64,000 nt of DNA from the NCBI GenBank assembly GCA_016906335.1, contig JADEYG010000009.1:1-64000 (forward strand). Direction: 5' to 3'. The notes beneath the pieces are model-generated. The model was not told the DNA's origin. It was given only the letters and a program-made list of their open reading frames with translations, and ran no database searches. A program made the translations under genes and the position numbers. Positions 31,803 through 44,052 of the stretch are shown in pieces. The first letter of the stretch is position 1; every line of letters begins with the position of its first letter. Origin of the DNA: Novakomyces olei. Its lineage: Eukaryota.

Positions 31803-34469
31803 GATTAATCGAGTTGGCCTAATTCCTTTCAACTCCTTCTTCTTCTGCCCCCCCTGCTCTTTCTTTTAGTCTTTATTAAATCTTTTGAATGATTTCCAAA
31901 AAGTATAGGCTTTCCTTCGCCTCTAGAAAACCCGCCGCGCGCCACCAACAAACCTCCGTTCCTTCTCCCCTCTCCCCCACGAAGTCTGGGCGATAGTCCA
32001 GTTTGCTTTACACTCAAGATACTCGTTGTCTCTTTACGAAAAGTGCCGCGTTTAAAGCATTTAACAGTTTTAAATACAAGATTCAGATTTTCTCCAAGGT
32101 CATTGACTATAGAGGTTTCTGCTTGCCGCCCACTCAACGGGATTATAATTAAATAGATCTAGTCAATGATAAAAGAGCCGATAGTATTAGAGATCGCAGA
32201 TTAATTACTAATAAAAACCCCACTGTAATTTATGTTTCCACATTCATTTCGCATATGCCGACGGCGGCTATCTTTTTAATATACCTCCCGCCATTTCAAG
32301 TAATTCTCAAGATTCTTATCACAAACTTGGGATAATTTGACTACGATTTGTATGACGATAGCCAAACGTAAGAAATGTAGGAGGAATTAATAACTATATA
32401 TCAAATACTGCTGCTATCTTTGCCTACGCCAATTGACGGTCTAATGGTGAATGCTGATGTCCGATAGTGAGCAGGCAGATGTGAATACTGATTAGGATGT
32501 ATTCTTTAATCTGGTCAATAAACTATACAATTGAAGGCTGTGGCCGCCGTAGAGATTTTCAAGTAGGCATTAATGGATTAATACTGAGCAAAATTTAAAA
32601 CATGTCAAAGAATTCAATCAGATTAATTGGTGGCAGATATGAGAACGAGTTCTCCTAAATTGGCAATAGCGGCAACTGCAAGGACGAACAGCAGGCTTGT
32701 GAACCGCGCTTTGCGTTACCATTTTTCATTTCTGGTGTGAAACTGACAGGCAGAGAACAGGACGGTTATCGGACAGCAGTCGTCCGTGGTTCAATTTATT
32801 TACTCTATTGATGGCTCTGTTATAATTGCAAAACAATGTCACACGATTTAAATTATAATTATATAGGAGCCGAATCCCAAGTTTAGGGTAATTTTACACA
32901 GATGCATCACAGGCTTTACTGAAAAATAGACTCCTTATAATACATATGATTGCTTGTGTATACCGCACAGGTATCCTCGCTAAATCCCAGTCACATACTA
33001 AAAAGTCTCGCTAACGATCATCAAATCTCTCGTAACCACGCGGCGCTCGCTTTGGCATTACTTGTGGCCAGTCAGTCATCGGTCACCAGACTTGCGCTCG
33101 TGCGTGTAGGGTCGAGACTGTAAGGGTGCGATGGCAGAATATTCTTGAGATAGTGGCGCTCAAACGGAGAGTGTATAGGGGACCGGGTACTGAGAGTAAA
33201 TATTTTGATGTAGACCCTAGGCTGCCAGCAAACATGGCGCTAGCCTTGTTCTGCTCGCCTGCTACATCTTCATCACATATGAAACCCAGCATCATCGTCA
33301 TATTACTTGTAATAATACTTGTGGGTGAACGTTATGTAACCAAGTATGGGCGAGATCAGGCGCGATTTTCATACTGCTTACAGATATGCTCTAGTCCAGA
33401 ATTATTCCATCAGTCTCGCGTTATAATTAAAGCCCTATGCTAATCGTTAAATTTTGTAATCCACCCTATTATAATACTTATCCGGCACCCATCTTCCTCG
33501 CTGAGAACCAACGGCGGCAAAGGAGACATTTTCACTTGTTGAAGAAGGCCCTGTTTCGTTTTCACACGTCTTTCAAACTGCTTCTCGACTCAGTCAAAGA
33601 GCGTCTGACAAACTACTTTTTGAGCAAATCCTGTGGTCTCCCATTAGTCTTTCGTTGCCAGCAAAAAGAAGAAAAGAAGAAAAACGCCTCATCCACCACC
33701 ATGTTGTCTCCACGCTCTCTCGTCTATTGATCAAGACAAGAGACGATCTCTGCAGAAGGACGACTCTTACCTAGCTGCTGTCTAGTCCGTCTTGTTTTAC
33801 GAGCTATTCCTCTCCAAATCGTCTTGTTGCTTCTTCCTCTTGTTGTTGTTCCCCCTGTCTTAACTCATCGGAATCCTGACCGGAATATTAACGCTGGAGT
33901 CCTCATCGGAGTCCTGAAAGTTTCTGTTTGTTGAACTAGTCGGATCTTTGTGTGATTTGGTATTTGTTTACCAGATTCAACTAGTCACCAGCCTTCACTC
34001 ATACCCCTTCATACTTAACTCAGACCTCACCAGACGTCGAGTCGGTAAGGCCTGCGTTTCCGCTAGCTTTTATCGTCAAAACTCTGGGGTTTCTTTTATG
34101 TTTTAACCGCCTTTTGGCGGCCAAAATATAGTCGGGCACTCAAACATCTTTTATCGGCTTATCGCTAACGGGCTTTTCCTTTTTCTGACACTGTATTCAT
34201 TACTTTTCGATCGACGATTCACGTTTGGGTCGTTGGCGGTTTACACTTTAATCTTTGATCTTTGAAATTTGAGTCTATTGATTCGCTTTTCATATTGGTC
34301 CACTGAGAGCTCAGACTCGTATCGAAATATCGTGTTCGAGTCGACGCATTTCATTGTTCGGCCTTCTTTTACGCGCTTTTGATAATTTTATTTTTGTAAG
34401 CGTACGATTACGTCTGGTTACGTTGGTCGTTCTTTTCTTGGTCGTTAAATACTGGCTCAAATTTACAGA

Positions 34470-35885
34470 ATGATGCCAGTCGGACATCAGCAAAACGGCC
34501 ATTACCCAATCAACTACTTGCAAACTTTTGCGTCTGCCTCAAACAGTTCTATCCAAGGTGTGATAAAGAGTCATGAGCATTCTGCTTCGTATGGAGGGAG
34601 AAAAGAAGACTGGCTTGATTCTATCATTGATGCATGTGAAGTTGTACTGCTCTCCCTGTTCTCATCTCAGGGCGCGTCTGTGTCTTCCTCACCTTCCAAA
34701 CCTACTGAGCAAACCTACCGCAAGGAGGCAGGCAAATCTTCACGCAAAGGAATGCCTCTCCGAACATTTATAGCGGAAACGATTCGTCGTACACAAACGA
34801 GCTTGTGTACGCTAAAACTGAGTATCCTCTACCTGTTTCTTTTCAAATCCAAGCTGGCCGAAAAGGAGCGGTTTTCTGAGCAACAGGGAGGCAATAAGAC
34901 TTCTTCCAGTCTGCTTTTGAAAGCCTCGAGTTGTTTTGATGGTGCAAAGTCTTCTAAAATACAGTCTGCTCATACCTGTGGACGTAAAATGTTTTTGGCG
35001 GCGCTTTTAATAGCCACCAAATTCCACCAAGACAGAACTTTCTCCAACACGGCTTGGTCAAAACTCTCCGGGTTAAGTTCGTACCAGCTTTTGACCCTTG
35101 AAGGGTCCTTTCTTCACGTTATCAATTGGCAACTATTTGTGCCTCCTGAAACGTGGAGCCGTTGGTCTTCCACTATGAGTCTGCTTTGCGAGTATACTGC
35201 AATGCACCGAAGTTGTCGAATCCCCAAGGATTATTGGTCTCTTTGGGCCGTCTATTTTACCCGCTGCTCTCCGTGCTCGAGGAACCTGGTGGCGGTCAAA
35301 ATTGTCTCTGAATTGAATCAGCGACTGATTCTTTTAAAGACCTGCAGGTCTATTGGTACGGCTAATTGCGCTTCATCTTCATTGTCTTCTCATAAAAACT
35401 ATTGGGTACTTTCTCCGCCAGTTGAACCTCAGCAACAAAACTGTGTGGAGGGTAATACTACCAGTGTCCAACAGCAGGATAATGAATGGACGGAAATGCA
35501 AAAATACGTTAACGAACCTTCGTCAGACGAAGCAAATGCTCTTCCTTCACCGGTTTCTATTGTGTCTACTTCGGTCGATCGTCTAACGCCTCCGCCTTCG
35601 CTTTTAATGGCTTCTCCTTCTGCTATTAACTTTTCCTCTGATGATAGCAGTACTGTACCATCAGCCAACGCGTGGGACCAGTCTCATTCGTGCAATCCTA
35701 AACTCGTATCCTCTACATCATCTTGTCCTACGGGTTTGTCCCTACCTGCTATGTCTGATGCGGCTAAAGATACATTCGGTACGGGAACAAAACGGTCAGC
35801 TCGTGACTCGTTTGATTCGTTTGACAGCGATAAAGATGATTGTAATGATGGAAGGCGGTATAAACGTGCTCAAGTAGCTGAATAA
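34470..35885 (+). CDS. Pho85-type cyclin (Clg1/Pcl-like)
   Basis: 'LRTFIAETIRRTQTS...L..SILYL' and 'CGRKMFLAALLIATKFHQDRTFSNTAWSKLSGL...E..FL..INWQL'. Confidence 0.88.
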   Translation: MMPVGHQQNGHYPINYLQTFASASNSSIQGVIKSHEHSASYGGRKEDWLDSIIDACEVVLLSLFSSQGASVSSSPSKPTEQTYRKEAGKSSRKGMPLRTFIAETIRRTQTSLCTLKLSILYLFLFKSKLAEKERFSEQQGGNKTSSSLLLKASSCFDGAKSSKIQSAHTCGRKMFLAALLIATKFHQDRTFSNTAWSKLSGLSSYQLLTLEGSFLHVINWQLFVPPETWSRWSSTMSLLCEYTAMHRSCRIPKDYWSLWAVYFTRCSPCSRNLVAVKIVSELNQRLILLKTCRSIGTANCASSSLSSHKNYWVLSPPVEPQQQNCVEGNTTSVQQQDNEWTEMQKYVNEPSSDEANALPSPVSIVSTSVDRLTPPPSLLMASPSAINFSSDDSSTVPSANAWDQSHSCNPKLVSSTSSCPTGLSLPAMSDAAKDTFGTGTKRSARDSFDSFDSDKDDCNDGRRYKRAQVAE

Positions 35886-36428
35886 GAAATTGTGTTACTC
35901 TAATTCGTAATTGTCATTTGTAGATCATCTCCGCTCGGTAAAGTGTACTGTAGATTGTGTATTTAAGCTTTTTACTACAGATTTGGTGGCTACATTTTTT
36001 GCTTGTAGAAGGGGACAAGTTATGTATATTATCGAGCTATTATTTTCACCTTTATAATCTCTTACTCATATATTGATGTAATTCTTAGACGTATAGCAGA
36101 AGACGCCGAAGAAAATCCTCAGTTTCGGAATTTAGGGTTAGTTAGGGTTTGTAAACGTCAGGGAAAACAGTGGCGATAGTGGCGATAGTCATACAATACA
36201 AATTCTCTATGGCGTTCAGGTAAGCTAAATTATAGTAATCAGTTGGAAGTTATTCTAAGGCTTCACGTATTCGTCACTTTCATATTCTTTTGTGCTTTGC
36301 ATTCAAAATTCATTTTCAACTTTTGCTAAACTGTGGAATTGTCGCCCATCAACTAAAAATAATAGCTCTGATTATCAAAATATAAAATCTCGCCTCAATA
36401 ATGAAAAACACTACCCCAAACCTTGCGA

Positions 36429-39143
36429 TTAATCATAGAGATCATCATTCTCCTCATCATTATCCTCCACGGCATCTGTCATGTCCTCGTCAGGTGAAAC
36501 CATTCCGGACCCGGACACCTCATGATTCGGCTCGACAACCAAATGGTTATTGCTAACATCAACATGAGCAGTTTCACCATCAAGGATTTGGCCATTGAGT
36601 AGGAGAATGGCCATTTTGTTCAAGATTTCGTTTTGAATCAGCCGATTCAATGGCCGAGCTCCGTATTGCGGAGAATACCCGGCTTGGCCTAGCCAGTCAC
36701 GTGCAGCATCAGACAGTTTAATAATAACATTACGATTATTTTGATGCAGTCTCTTTTGCACTTCTGCCAGTCTGTTATCCACGATTCTGCGGATATCGCG
36801 CTTAGCCAGCCGATTGAATATAATGATATTCGAAATACGGTTCAAAAACTCTGGTCGGAAAAACCGTCGAATGGCCTCCATTACTAGTTCACGAGTAGCT
36901 GGGTCAATTTTGCCATCGGTAGAAGTTGAATTAGTTAAAAATTCAGCTCCCAGGTTTGATGTCATTATAATGACTGCATTCTTTGCATCAACAACGTGTC
37001 CCTGGCCCGAAGTTATACGGCCATCATCCATTAATTGCAATAAAACTGTCAACACTTCTGGTGCAGCCTTTTCAATTTCATCAAAGAGAATCACGGAAAA
37101 CGGGTGTCGACGTAATTGCTCCGTCAATTGTCCACCGGCCTCGTGGCCCACATATCCTGGCGGAGCTCCAATCAACCGGGAAACACTGTGCTTTTCCATA
37201 TACTCAGACATATCGATCCGGATCATGGCATTTTCATCGTCAAATAAAAACGCAGCCAGCTCCTTAGTAAGCAGAGTTTTACCCGTTCCACTGGGCCCAC
37301 AAAACAGGAAAGAAGCAATTGGCTGATTAGGGTTAGACAGGCCACTGCGGCTGAGGCGGATAGCATTGGCAACTGCCTTGACTGCTTCTTGCTGGCCAAC
37401 CACCCGGGCAGACAAGTACTTTTCCATGTTCAACAGCTTTTCTTTCTCCGTAGTCTTAAGTCGCGTAACCGGAATTCCAGTCCACCGGGCAACAATCTCA
37501 TTTATTTGATCAACGCCCACTACGTCAGTAGACAGCTGCTCGTCCGCTTGGCCTGAGGCTGCCCGCTCCAGATCCTGTTGCATTTTAGCGCGCTCCAACT
37601 CGTCAATACGTTTCTGCATCTCTGGAATGACGTAATACTCCAGGTCGGCAGCGGTAGCCAGATCCTGTCGGCGACGAGCATCTTGAGCCTTGAATTTAAG
37701 CTCGTCCAATCGTTTACGTGCATTCTGCACCTCATCGCCCCTCCGCTTCTCTGCCTCGTATTTTTCCTTGAGCGGTCGCAGCTCTTCTTCGATATTGGCC
37801 GCTTCTTTACGAGCTGTTTCCAATCGCTCTTTGCTAGCAGGATCCTTTTCCCTCTCTAATGCGTGTATTTCTACCTGCAGGCGCAAGAGATTACGCTCCA
37901 GCAAGTCAACTTCCTCCGGTTGAGAGTCTTTTGCCACTCGTACAGCTGCAGCTGCCTCATCAATCAGGTCAATTGCCGAGTCAGGTAGCCTACGAGAGGT
38001 CAAGTATCGGGATGCCAAGGTGGCGGCGGCCACCAGTGCTGAATCAGATATGGTTACACCGTGGTGTACCTCGTATTTCTCCTTGAGACCTCGTAGAATA
38101 GAGATACAATCTGCCACTGAAGGTTCCTTGACCATAACGATCTGGAACCGGCGTTCAAACGCAGCGTCCTTTTCAATGTACTTTCTATACTCGTCGAGTG
38201 TAGTTGCTCCGATACAATGCAATTTGCCTCGGGCAAGCATGGGCTTGAGCAGATTGGCTGCGTCCATTCCGCCATCACCTGAACTGCCAGCGCCCATTAG
38301 CAAATGGATCTCATCAACGAAAAGAACAATCATCTCGTCCGACTGTTCAATCTCGGAAAGCACCGATTTAATGCGCTCCTCAAACTCTCCACGGAACTTT
38401 GAGCCGGCTACTAAACTGCCTACATCAAGAGACAATAGCCGGCAGTTTGCTAGGCTGGCGGGTACATCGCTGTTCACAATTCGCTGAGCCAGTCCCTCAG
38501 CAATTGCCGTTTTACCAACGCCGGGATCACCGATCAGGACAGGGTTGTTTTTAGTGCGCCGACTAAGAACCCGGATAGTCCGTCGAATCTCTTCTTCTCG
38601 TCCAATCACAGGGTCAAGATCGCCCTTACGCGCGGCCGCTGTAAGATCCAAAGTATACTTGGCCAGAGCTTCAAAGCCCTCTTCCGCATCTTTGGACTCA
38701 ACGTGCCGGTTGCCCCGGATCTGTGTTAGCGCCTGCTCAATTGCATTCGGCCGCACTCCGGCTTCTTCGAACAATGGCTTTATTGAAGAGTCTTCCGCTA
38801 ACGCCGCGATCAAATGATCTACAGACACAAACGAATCACGCTGCTTCTTCATCAGATTCTGAGCGGAACGGATAACTTTGGCCAATGCTGATCCGAGTCC
38901 AATTTGTTCAGGCGGCGGGTCTTGGGCAGGTTGCCGGACGAGCAGCCGGTTAACGGCCCTTTCGAACTTTGCTATATCACCTCCAGTCTTATCAATTACA
39001 CTGCGTAGCAAGTTGTCCGGTTCTGCCAGGATTCCAGCGACGAGATGAACCGGCTGAACTTGCGAATGCGCATACGTCGAAGCATTTTCCTGAGCTGCTT
39101 CGAGTGCCTTTGTAGCCTTGTTTGTCAATTGCAAATTGTTCAT
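36429..39143 (-). CDS. HSP104: Hsp104/ClpB disaggregase
   Basis: Clp-N domain, two AAA+ modules ([16 protein letters not shown]), RIDMSEY, GARPL and acidic C-terminus DDLYD; ATG 39143. Confidence 0.97.
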   Translation of the reverse strand: MNNLQLTNKATKALEAAQENASTYAHSQVQPVHLVAGILAEPDNLLRSVIDKTGGDIAKFERAVNRLLVRQPAQDPPPEQIGLGSALAKVIRSAQNLMKKQRDSFVSVDHLIAALAEDSSIKPLFEEAGVRPNAIEQALTQIRGNRHVESKDAEEGFEALAKYTLDLTAAARKGDLDPVIGREEEIRRTIRVLSRRTKNNPVLIGDPGVGKTAIAEGLAQRIVNSDVPASLANCRLLSLDVGSLVAGSKFRGEFEERIKSVLSEIEQSDEMIVLFVDEIHLLMGAGSSGDGGMDAANLLKPMLARGKLHCIGATTLDEYRKYIEKDAAFERRFQIVMVKEPSVADCISILRGLKEKYEVHHGVTISDSALVAAATLASRYLTSRRLPDSAIDLIDEAAAAVRVAKDSQPEEVDLLERNLLRLQVEIHALEREKDPASKERLETARKEAANIEEELRPLKEKYEAEKRRGDEVQNARKRLDELKFKAQDARRRQDLATAADLEYYVIPEMQKRIDELERAKMQQDLERAASGQADEQLSTDVVGVDQINEIVARWTGIPVTRLKTTEKEKLLNMEKYLSARVVGQQEAVKAVANAIRLSRSGLSNPNQPIASFLFCGPSGTGKTLLTKELAAFLFDDENAMIRIDMSEYMEKHSVSRLIGAPPGYVGHEAGGQLTEQLRRHPFSVILFDEIEKAAPEVLTVLLQLMDDGRITSGQGHVVDAKNAVIIMTSNLGAEFLTNSTSTDGKIDPATRELVMEAIRRFFRPEFLNRISNIIIFNRLAKRDIRRIVDNRLAEVQKRLHQNNRNVIIKLSDAARDWLGQAGYSPQYGARPLNRLIQNEILNKMAILLLNGQILDGETAHVDVSNNHLVVEPNHEVSGSGMVSPDEDMTDAVEDNDEENDDLYD

Positions 39144-39280
39144 GATTGTCAATGACGGTTGCGTACGGATGAAGGGTATGACAAAATATATATATATTTC
39201 CACAACGCTATATATACGCACACTGTACGCTCACGTGTTATCCTTATCGGGCAACCCACGCAAAAGTATCGGTGTTTTCA

Positions 39281-39332
39281 CCAGAATATTCCAAGCCTGG
39301 AGAGTTCCAGGGTTTTCCGGCTGATCCTCGAA
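39281..39332 (-). promoter_or_regulatory. Heat-shock-element-like nGAAn arrays upstream of HSP104
   Basis: aGAAtaTTCc and further TTC/GAA-like units (gagagTTCcagggttTTCc) 140-190 bp upstream of the ATG; TATATATA boxes closer in. Confidence 0.55.
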
Positions 39333-39441
39333 GTATTGCTTGGATATGGAGATTAGTCGGTAGCGCAGAATAATAAGCAGTCGTTGTACGCAAAAAAGTA
39401 ACCCCAAACCGGTTTGACTGTAGTAATATTGCATCATATAC

Positions 39442-39548
39442 AATAGCACTGCCTAATAGAATAGCTCTGCCTATTAGAATAGCTCTGCCTATTAGAATAG
39501 CACTGCCTAATAGAATAGCTCTGCCTATTAGAATAGCTCTGCCTAATA
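39442..39548. repeat. 18-bp minisatellite (AATAGCWCTGCCTAWTAG) x~6 in the HSP104/dipeptidase divergent promoter
   Basis: Directly visible. Confidence 0.9.
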
Positions 39549-39575
39549 TTAAAGGCGCGTAGCGCAATTAAAGCA

Positions 39576-41162
39576 ATGGAAAAAGCGGCAGAGAGCACGT
39601 CAGTGCGCTCGGTCGCACAGCGACGCCATAGTTACCGCATTGGTTCCGTTATTTTGGTTTCTGTGGTTGCTTTGCTGTCTCTCTTGGCATGGACCTCCCC
39701 ATTGCGTGCTCGCTCGTGTGCTCAAGATGAAGCGGTAAAGCGGGCAATGGCAGCGCTCAAGCGTGCGCCATTAATCGACGGGCACAACGATCTACCGTTT
39801 TTCACCCGTGAATTTTACCACAACCGTATAAATAACGCAACCACTTTTCCTTTTGTCGATGGGCTTGAGGGCCATGTAGACCTTAAGCGACTGAGGCAGG
39901 GCCGCGTTGGAGGCCAATTTTGGAGCCTTTATGTTGACTGCCCCTCGCCTGAAAAGCCATGGAATCGCCAGGGCGAATATGAGCGTGTATGGGAGACACT
40001 GGAACAGATTGATGTGACCAAGAGGCTACTTGCATTGTACAGCGACGATTTGCTGTTTGCTTCCTCTGTAGAGGAAGTAGGCAAGGCTTTTGCTAATGGG
40101 AAAATTGCTAGCATGATGGGTATTGAAGGTACAGCTTTCAACTCGACAGCTTGCTTCGTGTATACTGATAATAGGTTTGCATCAAATTGGAGGCAGTTTA
40201 GCTGTATTGCGGAGATACTACGAGCTCGGAGTGCGATATGGTAATTACGCTTGTATTCTTCTTTAACCCTCTCCCCCCCCCTTCCCCTGTTTGGGCCTGT
40301 TTGGGCCTGTTTGGGCCATATCTTTGTCCTGCAAAGCAACTAACAATAGCTACCCTTACACACAACTGTGACAACGAATTCGCGGACGCAGCGATGGGTG
40401 GTCATCGCGTCAACAAGGGTTTATCTCCTTTGGGCCGCGCTGCTGTTCATGAAATGAACCGCCTTGGAATGATGGTTGATATAAGTCATGTGTCGGCGGA
40501 GACAATGGCTCAGGCGATTGAGATCAGTAGAGCACCTGTGATATTTTCACATTCTTCTTCTTACGCCGTGAATCCTCGTAAGCCCTTGCCGTGATCGTGA
40601 AATCATTTGGTTCTTTTATATACTCTCGAAGAATTACTATATTTCCAAGTTTTGTTTTGCGCTACACTAAAACTTTTTGTGTTTGCGTTGTTGTTTTGTT
40701 GTTTATAAGCTTTTAAGGCTTATATCTTACCATATTTTGTTCTCTGCAATATGATTTTCTTGATTTTTATTCTGACCAACAGACCCAAGGAACGTTCCAG
40801 ACGAGATACTTAAACAGCTTTTGGAAAAAGACGGCGTAGTTATGGTCAATTTCTACCCTGAATTTATTGCGAATCCCCCAAGCAGTGCTACTATTGATAC
40901 AGTAGTCGAGCATATTCTTCACATTCGTAACGTTACAAGCAGCTCGCGATACATTGGCATCGGCGCCGATTTTGATGGTATTGAATCAGTTCCCAAAGGT
41001 CTTGAGGACGTGTCGAAATACCCTGATCTTTTTATTAAACTATCTGAAAAAGGGCTTTCGGAAAGCGAATTACGTGGCATTGCTGGTGAGAATTTGTTAC
41101 GAGTATGGAGCAAAGTGGAGAAGGTTGCAGCTTCACTCACAGATTTGCCATATGAGCAATAG
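39576..41162 (+). CDS. Membrane dipeptidase (peptidase M19), multi-exon
   Basis: N-terminal [51 protein letters not shown]. Confidence 0.93.
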
Positions 41163-41609
41163 CATTGTTCAAGAGTATAATTTGGGTCTTATTGATTGTA
41201 GAACGTGGTTTCACTGCACGACTGTTTACATCAATGTATAGCATTAAATGAAACATAGACCATTTTTTCACAACAGGTGCTTAAATCTGTATCTTAAAGT
41301 TCTCGATTAGCCTTAAAATATATTGTTTTCTGTTCTTCCAAGGTAATTTATATCCATAATGGCTCATTTAGGGTTATTTAGGGTTAGTTTTTATGGACAT
41401 ACAATGTCTCAACAGTTTGCAATGTTTCATTTCAGGGTTAGTTAGGGCTTGTTAGGGTTTAATTTTCGGCATAACCTGACTATTAAATATTTTTTTCCAT
41501 TCATTATAAAGCTGTTGATTTAGTGGCTTTGTTTACATTATGCGAGAGCTCTGTTGGATAAATTGAATTTATTGTAATGAATTATAGATGAAAGCGCAAT
41601 CCACAAAAC

Positions 41610-42854
41610 ATGCGACAAGACGTACGGGAAAGTATTGAAGCCTTCTCAGAACTGCTCACTGCAGCACGAGGTTTTCGAACCAGCCTTGCATCAATTTCGA
41701 TTGCTGCTTCAGCTTTTGGCAGTGCTTTAGAGCGCTGCGCTCGTTGTTCTGGAGCTGAAGATTGTGCAGATGGACTATTAGCGGTTTCGGGTCTTTTACA
41801 TGTAACGGGAAATCTTCATAGTGTTTTGGGCAATTTAGTCCACAAGGGATTTGAGATGCCGTTGATGGAGCGACTGGACTGGTACCAAATGGTCGCGCAA
41901 TCCCAAGAGGAAACTTTTGCGAAAGAACTTCGAAACAAAACCCAGAAATTAAAGCAGATGGAAGCAAAACACTATGAAAGTACTCGGCGTCCACGCGACC
42001 TACATTCTTTTCGGCAAAGCCTTGTTGGCATGGGAGGGTTAGCGGATGAAATTGAAAGGGATAAGTTGGACCATTTAAAGGGTGTTAAGGATTCTATGCA
42101 GCAGGCCTGGAATTCGATACTTGACCGTAGTGCGTTTCTAGCGAGAGCGCATGTTGAAGTTTATGAAGGTGTTGCCAAAAAAGGTTGGACAGGTGGAGGT
42201 TTAGATGCAGTTTTAATGCTGGGTTCTGACCCATTCGCTCCTGAGCTGGAAGAAGCCGATGATGCAATCTTGGAGTTGAATGCTTCGGACGATGAACGAG
42301 CCTTCAACCGGACATTTCACAGTCAGCAGCAAACAACGGGTTCTAATAATGATCTTGGCCTTTTCTCAATTTTGCCAGCAAACTCTTTGTTCTTTGCGGA
42401 CACGCCAAATGGCAAGAGCCCTGCTTATTGTACTGAACAGGCTTCATTATCCTCGCCTGACGCGGAGGAAGTATCAAAAGCGAGGACCGAATTGATGATG
42501 GAGACGGACACAAGGAGTGCTAGGACGCAATTAGACTTAGACTACGACAACAAAGATCAAGGGAAAAGTTTGCAAGAAGCGAATAGGTACGGAACGGATA
42601 ATCACGAGAGTACGTGTCATAAAGCAGATACGTTTATCATCGGTGAAAATCACAGTCATGAAGAAACGTCAGGCGATACTTTGGATCTTTGTGCGAATCA
42701 AAAGGCGCACGATCCTAATTATGAGGCAGATTTGTCTAGTACGCGTTTAAAGCGCTTAGGCTCGAATGGCCTTTCATGTATTGATAACCTATATCCTCGT
42801 GAAGGAATGAGCGCTGCCCATCCGCTACAATCTTCTCCGCGCACCGCATCTTGA
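41610..42854 (+). CDS. Ivy1-like I-BAR/IMD-domain protein
   Basis: 'SIEAFSELLTAARGFRTSLASISIAASAFGSALERCAR...GL..VSGL...N...L...FEMPL' helical N-terminus resembling the fungal Ivy1 family; low-complexity tail. Confidence 0.7.
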   Translation: MRQDVRESIEAFSELLTAARGFRTSLASISIAASAFGSALERCARCSGAEDCADGLLAVSGLLHVTGNLHSVLGNLVHKGFEMPLMERLDWYQMVAQSQEETFAKELRNKTQKLKQMEAKHYESTRRPRDLHSFRQSLVGMGGLADEIERDKLDHLKGVKDSMQQAWNSILDRSAFLARAHVEVYEGVAKKGWTGGGLDAVLMLGSDPFAPELEEADDAILELNASDDERAFNRTFHSQQQTTGSNNDLGLFSILPANSLFFADTPNGKSPAYCTEQASLSSPDAEEVSKARTELMMETDTRSARTQLDLDYDNKDQGKSLQEANRYGTDNHESTCHKADTFIIGENHSHEETSGDTLDLCANQKAHDPNYEADLSSTRLKRLGSNGLSCIDNLYPREGMSAAHPLQSSPRTAS

Positions 42855-44052
42855 GCCCAAGCGTTGATGGTTCGTTTACAGAGTTGTTGTACTGAATTTA
42901 CAGAGTTGTTGTACTGAATATACCCGGAGGATTGGATTCATAATTAGATATTGTTTTAATGAAAGCTGTTGATTTTCTATACAGATCAAGACTGTTTGTA
43001 TTATTTATATGATAGAATTTTTTTTGAAATACAAAAATAATTTTTGCCTGTACTATTTAAAATCACCGCGATACTATTAAACTTCTTATATTCCCGTTGG
43101 GGGGGTTAATCAAGCGCGAATCATAAACTAGCCTAAGCCCATATGAGACGTCTAAAAGTTTGGCCAATGGTTTGTAATTCCAATAGAATAGTTTATGCAC
43201 TTTTAGAATCGCAATAGATGTCGTGATAATAAACTCGCATGATTATGGCCACAAATGAACACGATTGTATTAATGAAAGAGGATTAGAAAAAATGCCGTC
43301 TGTGATATTACTTTCTATCGTAACCGTGAACAATCGGGCTCTGACCGCCGAGCTAGTCTATTTACAAAATATTAGGAGCAGAGAAATTTCTTCAATGGTC
43401 ATATTACAAAATTACGCAACTTATAGAAACTTTGCTCCCGTTCTATATTTATCACGTAATTCTCAATTACAGTTTTATTCTTGTTGTGGTACAAATTTAC
43501 GATCCTTTACTATAGACACGACGCGGACACACGATCAGTAAACTAGGATGAAGCATTTCGAGTCGACAAAATTAAAAGCAACTTCTTTCAAAAGGAAGAT
43601 TAAAGCAACAATCAACAATTATTGGCGCTCACCCAGCACATAATTGAAAATAAAAACAATAAAAGCCAACAAAAATAAGTTATAGCGCAACTGTGAATGA
43701 GAGCAGTGTATTTAGATGAATATACGATTTCAAGAAACAAACCTCAAAAACAAATATTATGTACAAAACGAAACACTTCGAGAGCCGTAAGAACAGATAG
43801 CAGGCAATAGACTATAGTACATGAAGAAACATATGTACTATTAGTTGTAATTCAAATGTAGGGTATATAATACACGTAATTGGCCGATGAATAAACTCTG
43901 TAAAAGAATGAATAAATCAATAAATAAATAAATAATAATAAAATAAACGAATGATCGATATAAATAACCAAAAAATCGACTGATCAGGAACCAAGTTGGT
44001 TGATGAAATAAATCGCTATGCTGTGAATCATACAAAAAACATCCAAAAAGTC

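Noticed and set aside
36814-38817. Antisense ORFs over HSP104 (and similar ones over the kinase and pol genes)
   Set aside because: Shadow ORFs with no recognisable domains.
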